A stretch of DNA of 63,567 bases, filler included, from Octopus bimaculoides (Eukaryota): the NCBI RefSeq assembly GCF_001194135.2. It is 4 parts of 4 records of this genome, joined end to end, with 100 filler letters (N's around TTAATTAATTAA, not from the genome) between each part and the next. Parts side by side here need not be neighbours in the genome. Positions count along the whole stretch, not along the records: positions 1 to 28,925 come from NC_068990.1; 3 more parts are not named here. The stretch is one strand, 5' to 3'. The notes under the pieces were generated by a model that was given only the letters and a program-made list of their open reading frames with translations, was not told where the DNA came from and searched no databases. This document shows, piece by piece, positions 1-11,137 of this stretch. The position numbers and the translations under genes were made by a program. Each line of letters begins with the position of its first letter. The stretch's first letter is position 1.

Positions 1-744
1 TGAATGAAATATTTGCTTTGATAACGATAAAAGGAGAAAATATCATACACAGAAGAAAATCAAAAACGATAATATTTCTTTTCTTCCTTCAAGTTTGTTT
101 TAAGTTCTTGCTGAGTGCCTTCCCGGCACCTACAGCAAATAAACTCATTGTGATAATTCACACACCAAATTGTTCAATCCTTACAATAATGGCAGCCACG
201 TACGTCCATTTTGTTCCGTTTGTCCGAAGCCTTCAGTAATTAGATAGAGGAAAAGAAAAGGTGAATTAAATAGAGAGTGAAAGAAAGAGATATTGAGGAA
301 GAGAGGAGAGAGAGTGGGGAAGGCAGACAGAAAGACAAGCTTGTTAAGCTGCTGGTGTTAAGGAAAATAGAAGGTGAATTAAATAGAGAGGGAGAAAGTG
401 AAAGAAAGAAAGGAATAGCTCTGTCCACGTATCTCTCTCTGCCTCATGTTGCCATGTAATCTCTTTTCGAATACTTTTTTCTATCATGTTCGCCGATACA
501 AAACGTCTAGAACAGCTTTTACTCTAACGCTTCATGAAAATAGCTATTCAAAATAGTGTTTCCAGGAGTTGGTGTAATTTTTTAATATTTACCGTTACAT
601 GTGAGTACCGTTTCAATAGCTCTGTCAACGTATTCGTTACGCTTTTTAATGTTCCTCTTTCATTCATTCTTATTTGTGAGAACCAAATAAAAACATGTAT
701 GTGTGTATGTGTGTGTGCGTACGCGCGCGTGCGTGTAAGTATGT

Positions 745-981
745 ATTATTTCTTTACTACCCACAAGGGGCTACACACAGAGGGCACAAACAAAGACAGA
801 CAAGCGGATTAAGTCGATTATATCGACCCCAGTGCGTGACTGGTACTTATTTAATCGACCCCGAAAGGATGAAAGGCAAAGTCGACCTCGGCGGAATTTG
901 AACTCGTTCTGAGTAGCGGCAGACGAAATACCGATAAGCATTTCGCCCGGCGTGCTAACGATTCTGCCAGCTCGTCGCCTT
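745..981 (-). mobile_element. tRNA-derived SINE (family A) with a Tx1/L1-type 3' tail
   Basis: Minus strand reads GGCGACGAGCTGGCAGAATCGTTAGC (A-box-like), GAGTTCAAATTCC (B-box), central GCCTTTCATCCTTTCGGGGTCGATTAAATAAGTACCAG, then tail ...CCCCTTGTGGGTAGTAAAGAAA. Homologous heads recur at about 20500, 25700, 42390 and 42730. Confidence 0.85.
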
Positions 982-984
982 TAG

Positions 985-2093
985 TATGTACGTGAATGTT
1001 TGTGAGAAAGTTTGGTTATTTTTATATCTCATGGTGTTTAAATAACATACCAATATTGTCATCATAATGCAATCGCCTATAAAAATGAATGAAAGTTTGT
1101 TTTAATATATGTCCTAGTTCAATTCTAATCAAAGTCACTATAGTGCAAAAATGTTGGGTAAGTTTTATGTTTGCATGACAAAACCAAATCTGACAATTTG
1201 TTTAGTAGTGATGGGTTGTACGTTCGAAGAATGAAGAGCGCTTCCCTTATACATAATTTACACCTACCTAAGTTAGTGTTATATGATTCGATGGACTATT
1301 TCAATGTATAGATTTTGTTTTCTGCTTTGAGCTTATGGATATAGATAGCAAGCATGGTAGCGGTTTTATATTTAGAGTTGATGTGATTTCGATATTTCCG
1401 CTTGAAAACAGTGGTGCTACCAATATATATTTTAGGTTGTGCATCTTGTATGAATATCTGACATTTATAAATAAGTTATACTACGCACAATGTCCCGCAA
1501 GGGGACAGGAATCTTCTACGCGACAATTGCGTCTTTTTATTGTTTTTTGCTGTTTCGTTTTTAATTTAGATAAATTTGGAGCCGGGATATTAGTTTGTTG
1601 GCCAATAGTATTATTTAGATTGTGGGTACCAATTTCAGACTGGGCAATCGTATTGGAGCTAAGAGTTGTGTGTGTTTTATTGTTGGGAAACTGACCAAGA
1701 TTATTGTGTTTATCTGACTTATTGGATTTAGTTGTCTGTGCATTAATTTTCGATTTATTGATAGAGGATATTATCGATCCTAAATTAGGGGTTGTAGTGT
1801 AAAATATTTTCACAGAAAATTTATTGAATACGGAATAATATTTATGATGTTTCGGAAAGTTTGTTTTAAAAATTTTAAAGAAAAGTTTCGGTAACGATTT
1901 TATTTGAAGGGAAAGTGGGGNNNNNNNNNNCGATTTCATGTTTTCTCGATTTAGATACATTGTTGGACATTGTTATATTTCTATTTAGGGTATCATACGA
2001 ATTTAATGTGGATTTTTGATATGGTCGGTGTGGTCTTTTGTGTAATTTTGGTTCCTGATTATTTAATTGATTTTCAGTAGAGGTAGATTTCAT
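985..2093 (-). mobile_element. Penelope-like element (Neptune-type) 3' fragment: RT C-terminus, Cys linker and GIY-YIG endonuclease, decayed
   Basis: ORF 1481-1960 has KLFFKIFKTNFPKHHKYYSVFNKFSVKIFY and CRVEDSCPLAGHC. Manual minus-strand translation of about 1440-1130 gives KIYIGSTTVFKRKYRNH...CKLCIREALFIL...LLNKLSDLVLSCKH. Confidence 0.85.
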
Positions 2094-3250
2094 TCGATAA
2101 ACATCGTACCCACTTTATACAATTTGATATCTCAAATTATTACGCTTCAATCTCACCAATCTTCTAAACTCAGGCTTAAGAAATCTACCCACACAAACCA
2201 TTATAACTCCAAAAATGAAACTAGCTTTAACATAAATATTACGCCAGGTCACCCCCTGACGGTCGAGAGTTATTTAACCTCTAGTAATCGGAAAATTAAT
2301 GCCCATGCGGGGTGGGGGAGGGAAACATGTAATTGTCGAATTAAGGAGTCGTGTCCGCTAGCCGGATCCTGTTTACGTAATAATGTAGTGTATACACAGA
2401 GAATAAGAATTTATATAGGCAGCACTGTTGATTTTAAACGTCGATATAGGGCCTATTTGAACTGTTCTACTGACGTAAAATATAAATTTTCTACAACGCT
2501 AGCTACGTATATACAAGAACAAAAAAATATACAATACTCATTATCTTGGTCTGTAATAGCAGAAGCTCCCTCCGCCATACAATTAATTACGCGTGTATGT
2601 AAATTGTATATTAGAGAGTCCATGAATATTCTTCGTCGATATGATTCTACATCATTAAATAAGTTCTCGAACCATAGATACCGTTCAACATTTAGATATT
2701 TTAATAAATCTCGATAAATTAACCATTAAACTTTTAATTATCTATATTTCACTTAATCTCTATACTACTGCCTTCCTGTAACTTCATATTGGTCAATTAT
2801 TACTTGCTTAACATTAACAGCATTTTCTAAATTGTATTCCCCATAATTCCTGCTATAATATTTTCTCTTCCTGTTTACAGATGCACCTCCCTATATAACT
2901 AAATCTCATCTACCCAGTACAACATTGTACGAAATGTGAATCCTGAATAATATACTCGCTGATGAAGGAGGCAGTATCCAATTTTTGGAGTGAAAATACT
3001 CTTAAAATCTATGGATTACTGTGCCCCTGAAACAGCTGTAAGAGGATTAAGACCAACAGTTTATCTAAACAGGATTACTTATTCTCTTGGATTATTTACT
3101 TATGTTTCTTTAAAAAATCCGGTCTCAACGCTACGATTTTTCTTTATTCTCTCTTTTCTTAAGCTTTTATTTTATTCACCTTTTCGTAAGGGCATATTTA
3201 TTCTTGAATAATTTTTACAACACCGTTCTCCAACGCCTTTTAATACAACT
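2090..3250 (+). mobile_element. Penelope-like element (Neptune-type) 3' fragment: GIY-YIG endonuclease plus 3' UTR/pLTR
   Basis: ORF 2067-2717: CNCRIKESCPLAGSCLRNNVVY, IYIGSTVDFKRRY, LSWSVIAEAP, CKLYIRE, SLNK. Followed by an AT-rich UTR carrying a hammerhead fold. End coordinate approximate. Confidence 0.88.
2953..3045 (+). ncRNA. Type I hammerhead ribozyme fold in Penelope 3' region
   Basis: CTGATGA 2959-2965; stem II AGGAGGCAGTATCC/GGATTACTGTGCCCCT; GAAA 3029-3032; palindromic stem III CAGCTG; GUA cleavage triplet ending 3040; weak stem I (CTC/GAG with first pair mismatched). Confidence 0.7.
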
Positions 3251-3550
3251 GTAATATATATCTTTCTACATCTGTACTTTTATACATTAACACTTTTATA
3301 ACTTAGTCCCATTCATCTATTTATATGTGCATATTAATTTTTTATGCATTTATGTATTCATAGATTTTTAATATGTTCTAATATTTTAATTACTGATACA
3401 TTTGTATATCTAAAAACTGATATACATGGCAGAATATATGTTGAACCTATTTGAATTCCCCTTAATATTTTTTATAGCTTGGGCTTTCATCTGAGCACTT
3501 CAAACTACTACCTATACAATGCACAAAGAAATTTTACTATATAACATGAG

Positions 3551-3595
<45 letters not shown>

Positions 3596-3730
3596 NNNNN
3601 NNNNNCTAAATTATTTAGAAGTTAGAGTATTATTTCAACATAATATAAGACTTCGCTTTGAATGGGGCTGGAATATTTTCGATTATTTTTGATTAATAAT
3701 ATTTTATTAATAATTAGTTTTTAGTGTTTA

Positions 3731-4103
3731 CTAGCAGTATAACCCGACGTTGTCCGGGTGTTACTTATTACGCCATCTACGATAAGTCTTGCTAGGTGAA
3801 AATCAATTAAAAAAGAAAGCCTTACAATGAAAAAACCCTTATGATGTAAATATGTTCATAATTCAAAAGACGAAATTAATAGGGGAAGTCTGAAGGCTGT
3901 TTTGTGTAACATTATTAAGTGTACGTAAATTTCATCCGTCTAATTGGCTATACAAATGCTTGTGCAAAACAACTTTTTGCGCTGCCTTGATTACACATAG
4001 CAGGGTAATTCCTTTTCGCAGGAGGTAGGACGGCAATTTCTGATGAAGCAATTGCTGGCGATCTGTTGCTACACAGTTCTGCCAGAATTCTATCAGATTG
4101 GGC
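3731..4103 (-). mobile_element. Helitron 3' terminus with decayed Pif1-like helicase fragment; 5' part lost in the gap
   Basis: Minus strand: hairpin CCCGGACAACGTCGGG (3743-3758), 8 nt, then CTAG followed by T. Upstream peptide ILAELCSNRSPAIASSEIAVLPP resembles the Helitron helicase segment LLAxIRSxGxIALAVASSGIAA. Confidence 0.65.
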
Positions 4104-5264
4104 NNNNNNNNNNNNNNNNNNNNNNNNNNNNNNNNNNNNNNNNNNNNNNNNNNNNNNNNNNNNNNNNNNNNNNNNNNNNNNNNNNNNNNNNNNNNNNNNN
4201 NNNNNNNNNNNNNNNNNNNNNNNNNNNNNNNNNNNNNNNNNNNNNNNNNNNNNNNNNNNNNNNNNNNNNNNNNNNNNNNNNNNNNNNNNNNNNNNNNNNN
4301 NNNNNNNNNNNNNNNNNNNNNNNNNNNNNNNNNNNNNNNNNNNNNNNNNNNNNNNNNNNNNNNNNNNNNNNNNNNNNNNNNNNNNNNNNNNNNNNNNNNN
4401 NNNNNNNNNNNNNNNNNNNNNNNNNNNNNNNNNNNNNNNNNNNNNNNNNNNNNNNNNNNNNNNNNNNNNNNNNNNNNNNNNNNNNNNNNNNNNNNNNNNN
4501 NNNNNNNNNNNNNNNNNNNNNNNNNNNNNNNNNNNNNNNNNNNNNNNNNNNNNNNNNNNNNNNNNNNNNNNNNNNNNNNNNNNNNNNNNNNNNNNNNNNN
4601 NNNNNNNNNNNNNNNNNNNNNNNNNNNNNNNNNNNNNNNNNNNNNNNNNNNNNNNNNNNNNNNNNNNNNNNNNNNNNNNNNNNNNNNNNNNNNNNNNNNN
4701 NNNNNNNNNNNNNNNNNNNNNNNNNNNNNNNNNNNNNNNNNNNNNNNNNNNNNNNNNNNNNNNNNNNNNNNNNNNNNNNNNNNNNNNNNNNNNNNNNNNN
4801 NNNNNNNNNNNNNNNNNNNNNNNNNNNNNNNNNNNNNNNNNNNNNNNNNNNNNNNNNNNNNNNNNNNNNNNNNNNNNNNNNNNNNNNNNNNNNNNNNNNN
4901 NNNNNNNNNNNNNNNNNNNNNNNNNNNNNNNNNNNNNNNNNNNNNNNNNNNNNNNNNNNNNNNNNNNNNNNNNNNNNNNNNNNNNNNNNNNNNNNNNNNN
5001 NACTTCAGCATTATATATTAAGATGGGCAACACACACACACACTAAAAAAAAATGACAGGTATTTGTATGTATGTGTGTATTAATATGTATTCTGTGTCT
5101 ATATATGGTAGTAAGTAAATGCGTTTCAAGAAAGATATTAAAAAAATTCAGTTTGCAAGGAATAAATGTTTGACTGTCGATCGTATTTGGAAGAGAATGA
5201 CAGATATTAGTATGTATGAGTGTGTGAGTTCAAATTCCGGTTAACTTCCCTTAATGTTTGTATG

Positions 5265-7600
5265 TCTATTTCCTTTGCTCGTTTAATCCTATCCGCAGCT
5301 GTGATCGGCCCCTCACAGCACTTCGATTCTCGCCCCGAGAGACGCGGCGCGCCAGCGAGGAAGTCCATGAGGTCCCTCCTACATTCCGGCCCGCCGCTCC
5401 ACCCGAAAAGCAGGGCGAAATGCTCCTAAAAGACCTTACACATCTCCTCGGGTTCGTTTACCAAGTTCCCCTGATCATTCATCAAAGACCTTATAGTGCT
5501 ATTATTGCCATGTTGGATCTCTATCACACGGGCCTACCCGTGGCTTTGATTCCTTCCAGTCCTGTTGCACGTTGCTTAGTCCTGACTATGCATCCTTCGA
5601 GTTTAGCCTCAAGGTGATGGTTAAGAGCCATTCTCGCAGCTAAAACTCGGGGCGTGGAGCCAGATTCCAGTGCTTCGTCTAGGGCTCTAACTAAAGCCCT
5701 TTCTACTTCTTAGCCTTTCTTAGCCACTAACTCTTTGCTATATATAATAGACTCAAATTTTATGGCTCTTTTGAGGGCATACCAGCATTTGTTAATAATG
5801 GCACCACACAATGCCCTCATTACTAACTGTCTAATCCGACTCCTGTACTCCTCATAAACCAAAAGTGACTTACTGAGTTTTCAGTAGCCGGATTCCTGTG
5901 TAACTTATCTAAGTCTAGCCTACAGGTCACAAATTTGTGATCATTGTAGCTGACATAGTGAAATTGTGGACGACTAACTAAATTTTTGTCAATTTTCCTA
6001 ATTAGAATCCTGTCAAAATAAGATCTAGATGACCTATCACTATTAGTCCATGTCCACGATGGAGCGTCTGGGACATCTAGTCTGTACGTATCTGCCAGTT
6101 GAAATCGACTGAGCAGATTATTGAATCACGGGTTTCCCCTCCTATCAGTAGACGAGCCAACGTAATTTACGCGTGCATTGCAGATTACGTTAAAGTCACC
6201 AAAAATTACTATGGTGTGAGACGTCCTAAGAAACTTCTCCGGGCCTCGAAGGAAATAAGACTGCCCTGTTCCCGAGGGAGCGTAGACAGCTACCAGCCTG
6301 AAGACCTTATCACTGCTTAGTATCACGTCAATGACGGCTAACTTACCTTCTAGGTCGATGAAGATAGTTCTTGTCTCTAAATCCAGGTTTTTCTGAGCAG
6401 GACAGCGATGCCTCTCCCTCCTCTAGATAGGCACGGAGAAATAATTTTCTCGTAACCATTTAGGAGTGGAGAAACCCCGTCACTTACACAGTCTGGACTC
6501 TGTGACAACTGCTATATCCATCCTATGCGACCTGTGGTCATTCAGAAAACGACCTTGTTTCCATTCTGTCTCCAGGCCGCGTACATTTAAACATCCGGCA
6601 TAAAGTGTATCCATAACGTTGTACTCCCGGTTGGAGATGGGGTAGCACTCCCATCCTATTCCTTTGGTTTTCCATCCGGGGCTTGCAGGATGTCGTTGAC
6701 TAGGCTCTCAAACATTAGTGGGGAAAAGTCTTTCTTCAGAGAGCATATGTCATTTTAAAATCGGTTTGCTAACCTATTATAGTGGGGTGGATGGGAAGGG
6801 TCGTTTCTTTCCTTTTCTGGAGTATATCTTCCACCCTTCGCCTTTGGCTCCTTCCATTTCCTCTTCCTCTGTTTGCTCACTTGGTTCTTCATCTGTTTTC
6901 TTTTCCTTTTGTTTTTCGACAGGTGGGGGAATCGCTACTTTTTCGTAGAGAGGCTGGAACTCGGCCTTCATGTGGTCTTTTTGGCGACACTTGTAGCAAC
7001 GAGGCTTCCTCCCCTCTACCGTGACTCGCAGCTTAGTCTCTCCCAACTGTGTAGTTTCTATAATATTTTATAAATCAGCAGGGGCTACTTGTATAATCAT
7101 CTCGAGGCCGTATCAATTTTGTAATTCCAGCGCTTGGGGTTGGAGGATTGTGATTTTATCGCCCAAGCCGTTTATTATGGCTGCAACCACCCAAGCGGGA
7201 TCTACTTCGAGTGGGATGTCTCCTACATTAATCTTGGAAGTCGCCTTCCAAGATAAGTAGGTAGGAGTACCACATCCGCCGTTTTTAATGGTGTCGTCGA
7301 CGCTTGTTTCGCCTTTTCTTCCCTTTTAAACCGGACTTCTATTGTAACATACTTCACTCTTGTGAGGTATGCCACGTCATTCCAAACTGAACGGAGGTAC
7401 AACTCCACCACCTCTTTACTCGCATTGTCCAGTTTTTTTTTTTATAACAAAACGACTTGTAAATGACTGTGCATCGTAGGGCATTATGAGTGGTTTCACT
7501 GGGAGGGGTAACCACAGTTTTTCTCCCCTCCTTTTTCGTCATTCCTTTTATACTTTCGTAACTTGTCACTTCTGCAGTTGATTAACTTTTTTGAAATAGT
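5265..7600 (-). mobile_element. L1/Tx1-like LINE 5' portion: ORF1 (gag-like zinc knuckle), APE endonuclease and linker, truncated before the RT core
   Basis: ORF1 pieces 7354-7569, 7223-7411 and 6777-7046 (VEGRKPRCYKCRQKDHMKAE). ORF2 begins GCLNVRGL near 6600; LVAVYAPS...IFGDFN at 6126-6326; DFLAGAPRLS...CEGPITA near 5300-5380. Many stops and frameshifts. Confidence 0.85.
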
Positions 7601-7619
7601 GGCTGCTGCTGCAAAATTG

Positions 7620-9165
7620 CTTCCTTTATTTCCCTGTATAAAATTTTCATCTTATTTTAATCATAGATTTTACTTACTTTTTTTTTACCGGTTGACGTAT
7701 GGTATTAGGTCGCCATAGTCCACTCTACCTCTGATCCCAATGGGTCATTGTGCGAACCAAACAGTTCTTTCAATTTTGTATATCTCTCCTTGTCAATTAA
7801 AATACATTTTTTTAATTTTCCGAGTGCTCTTCAGCCAGCAATTTCACTCTGATCACCGACTTAAATTTGGTGATCTTACGCTCAATTGCCGTGCTTTTTG
7901 AATATGTCATTATGTATGACATGTGTTTTCGGGGGGCGGGGGGCGGGCTGTGTGTTGTGCTATCTGCAATTGTGACTGTTTTCTTCTCTAGTGAGCCGGG
8001 GCTATCTGGGACGGTTTCTCTTCTTTTTTTGTGTGTGTGTTTCTGGTGGTGATGTATGCTGTGTGAGCAGGTCTAATATATTATGTCTCGTCTTCCGTAT
8101 TAATATTTTCCTTCTACTTTTTGTTGGTTTTCGGGGGTGAACCCAAAGTTCTATTTCTCTTACTTTTTGTAACCTCGACGAATTCCTCCTCGTCTTTATC
8201 CTCCGTGTTTTCTTCCTGGGCTGGGACTGTCCTCGGTTCATTCAGGTTTTCGTATAATTCGTTGTTTAACTGGGGGCACTTTACTTTGATGTGCCCCTTT
8301 TCTCCACAGTGATAGCAGGTGGGTGGTCGTCCCTCTTCCACCACTCTTAGCTTTCTGTCATCTGGTAGCAGCACCTCCTCTGTTATCTCATTTAAGTCTT
8401 CTTGGGTGGCCTGGATAACCATTTCCAGGCTGTAACCTCAACAATTCAATTTCTTGGTTCTCGTCTAATATATCAGGTGCTACTAGCTACACCTCCTCTA
8501 TTTCAGGCAGCACTCTGCCTATCCTGATCCTCGTGACTCTTTTGCCGCAGTAGGTCGGCAGGAGTACCCATTCTTGTGACCTTAGGGGTACAATAGAACG
8601 ATTTATTGCCTCTTCTTCAGTGGCAAACATAACCCCAACTCTGCTACACTTCCTTCCTCTGGTGTAAAATGTCGCTACATTTTTCACTCGTTCCAAACAC
8701 TTTTCGATGGCCTCTTCCGCCACCATCTCTATCTTTTTACTATTTAAGGACAGCGTTCTATGGAACACTGTCCTCCTTCTAGTATTGTTGGTCACTTCCT
8801 CTGGTGGGATCAACCTTAAACTTGACCTCTCCTTCTGGATTAGTTCCTTGTACGTCTCCAACTTCTCCTGGTCAATTTGTACCTCTCGCACCTCCAGCGA
8901 ATTCGTTGCGGTAGTGCTGCGACTTCCCGCCACCGAAGCATAGCTCCCGGCATGGAGTTGTTCCGGTGAACAACTCATTTTTTTCAATTCTCTTTACCCC
9001 TAAATGAGGAAAAGAAAAACAAACAAAAACACAGGTCGGTAGGCGAAGCAGTAGCAATATTCAGCAACAGCAACAATATTCAACAACAGTAACAGTATTC
9101 CGCAGAATTCAACAGTAAGCACAAAGCCTTCAAATAAAAATCACAACTAACTCAGTCAGAAATGA
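7620..9165 (-). mobile_element. ORF1-only Tx1/L1-derived retroelement (HAL1-like)
   Basis: 5' UTR about 9165-8990. ORF1 8987-8487 and 8422-8114 with intact CYHCGEKGHIKVKC knuckle, then a C-terminal extension (KHMSYIMTY...ERKITKFKSVIRVKL...IDKERYTKLKELFGSHNDPLGSEVE), then ATTAAA and an A-rich end. No ORF2 sequence. Confidence 0.65.
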
Positions 9166-9169
9166 TTGG

Positions 9170-9325
9170 AACAAATTTCTTTATTGACCACTAAGGGTCT
9201 TACGAAAAGGGAATAGCACAAGCAAAGACAAAACAGTACAAAGTGGGGACAAAAACATGAAACCAATGAAGGTGAATTTATACAATAATGGGGGTGAAAT
9301 GGCTACCCAAGCCCCATTCTCGAGT
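9170..9325 (-). mobile_element. 3' tail fragment of a Tx1/L1-like LINE (or its SINE)
   Basis: Minus strand ends TGTCTTTGCTTGTGC...CCCTTAGTGGTCAATAAAGAAA, homologous to the tails at 745-800 and 11091-11136. Confidence 0.6.
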
Positions 9326-9334
9326 AGTTACATT

Positions 9335-9630
9335 TAACTGGGTTTTTTTAAAAGTTTTTAAATCTTATTTTAATCGTATATTTTATTTACTTTGCCGGAT
9401 GACGTATGTCATTAGATCGTCGTAGAGTATCGTACTCTACCTCCGATCCCAAAGGGTCAATGCTCGAGTCAAACTGTTCTTTCACCTATGTGTATCTTTC
9501 CTTGTCAATCAGAATACCGTTTTTGCTTTCTTCAGCCGGCAATTTCACTCTGATCACCGACTAAATTTTGGTGATCTTGCGCTCAACTACTGTGTATGTC
9601 ATTATATATGACTTGTGTTTTCTGAGGGTT
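9335..9630 (-). mobile_element. 5'-truncated second copy of the ORF1-only element (C-terminal domain and A-rich tail)
   Basis: Aligns by eye with 7650-7935. Translates KHKSYIMTY...ERKITKI*SVIRVKL...IDKERYT*VKEQFDSSIDPLGSEVE and ends GATTAAAATAAGATTTAAAAACTTTAAAAAAA. Confidence 0.7.
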
Positions 9631-11137
9631 TTGAGACCCATCACTCTACTTAACGCAGAGTTGAAGATTTTGGCCAAGGTATTAGAAAAATGGAAGGCGC
9701 GTGTCGTGGGAAGAATCATCGGGGAGACACAAACTTGTGCCGTTCCTGACAGATCCATACACGACAATCTCCACCTTCTTCGCTACACCCTGGAGAGGAT
9801 CAACAGGTCTCCCGGCAAGGGTGGGGCGCTGGTCCATTTAGACCAGTCCAAAGCTTTGACAGGGTTGACCATCGATTAAGAAGAATTGGAGCGAGGTGAT
9901 GAGCAGGGTGACCCACCTAACTCAGACTTGGTGGGAGTGGCGGCTATCTCTGAAAGGAAAGGTGGAGGTCGCAGGAGTGTTTATCGCTTCTGTGATTATC
10001 TACTGCCTAACCGTCGTGCCTTGCCCCCGTTCGTTGCTGATCAAGTTAGAACGGCTACTCTTCCACTTTTTGTTGAGGGGTAGAAGTCCTTTTGTAAAGC
10101 GCTCTGTCTGCATCTATGACTCTACCTGGATGCTGAACAGGTGTGGTCTCCGTTCGTTCGGTCGTTACTGCCTGTGCTTACTAGCTTGAATAAGCTAGGA
10201 CCTTGGATCAAGTGCAGACCAAAGTTAGGTGCTTGGCAAGCGGAGTGTCGTGAGGCCCTCAAGCTTCTCTATCACACGGGCAACGCCAGCGGCTGGGGTT
10301 CCACCACATCTTTCTATAGAGAGTTGGTAGAGGCTCAGTGTGACGACGTCCTGGAGGAGATTCTAGGCTTCGTTGATGGTCAACTAGCCGGCCTGTTCCG
10401 AAGGACATTCGGGCTAGGACTCTTGGATAACTTCCAAAGATCCCCGGCCTGGCAGTGTTACCTAGGAGTCTTACCAGTTCGTGATAAACTCGCAAGGCAT
10501 GGTGCCCCTTGCGCACGCACGTGTCCAAGATGCGAGCAGGATAGGGAAACCGTTAGTGCACGTAATTTTGCAATGCCCCAAAATCTCAGAGATGTGGGTT
10601 TACGTTGAACATCTGCTGTCACAGCTGGGAAGAGTACAACTGTCTTCCGAGTCGATTGTAAAGATTGTTCCTCCTTCCTCTTTTAACAAAGAAGGCAAGG
10701 CTTGTTTTCTCGCGAAAAGAGCGGTATGGAAAACCCGCGTGAAGGGAATTGTGACAGGCACATTAATCTCCAACCTTGGACTGGTCCATTACTTTATCTA
10801 CCACCTTAAGAGGAAAATAAGGGTGGAAAGAAAATGCTTGTTATCTTTTGTATATGGAAAAAGATGGAAGGCTGTGGCGAGTTTGTTGCGAATGAATGAA
10901 CAGACATAGTGTATCCATAAGGTTATACTAAAGGTTACAGTGATGACATGGAGATTGTGGAGTCGAGGCAAAACCCGTCCCCCCGCTTCATTGCTTGTGT
11001 ATTTGTTTTACTTATCCTTTGATTATCATTCGATTATATATTTTTTTTACTTTTCACCTCTCTGTAAAAACTTTAGCACCATCGACCTCATTTGTACTGT
11101 CCCTCTGTGTTTGACACCATGTGGCAAATGAAGAAAA
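9630..11137 (+). mobile_element. L1/Tx1-like LINE ORF2 3' part with internal deletion of the RT core, zf-RVT region and 3' tail
   Basis: RPITLLNAELKILAKVL, QTCAVPDRSIHDNLHLLRY and LVHLDQSKA, jumping near 9875 to post-RT RLSLKGKVEV. Then LPVRDKL...CPRC...ETVSHVILQC, and tail ...GTGGCAAATGAAGAAA. Confidence 0.88.

Noticed and set aside
176-222. Possible minus-strand mini-exon LRTNGTKWTYVAAII with a GTAAGG donor
   Set aside because: The acceptor would be the rare AAG and the peptide is unrecognisable; insufficient support.
4041-4060. Other CTGATGA/TCATCAG hits (4042, 27192, 35465, 41628)
   Set aside because: No correctly placed stem II, GAAA, stem III and NUH.
3932-5056. Long ORFs spanning N gaps (also about 12.2k, 14.3k, 17.8k, 48k and 50k)
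   Set aside because: Open only because N codons translate as X.
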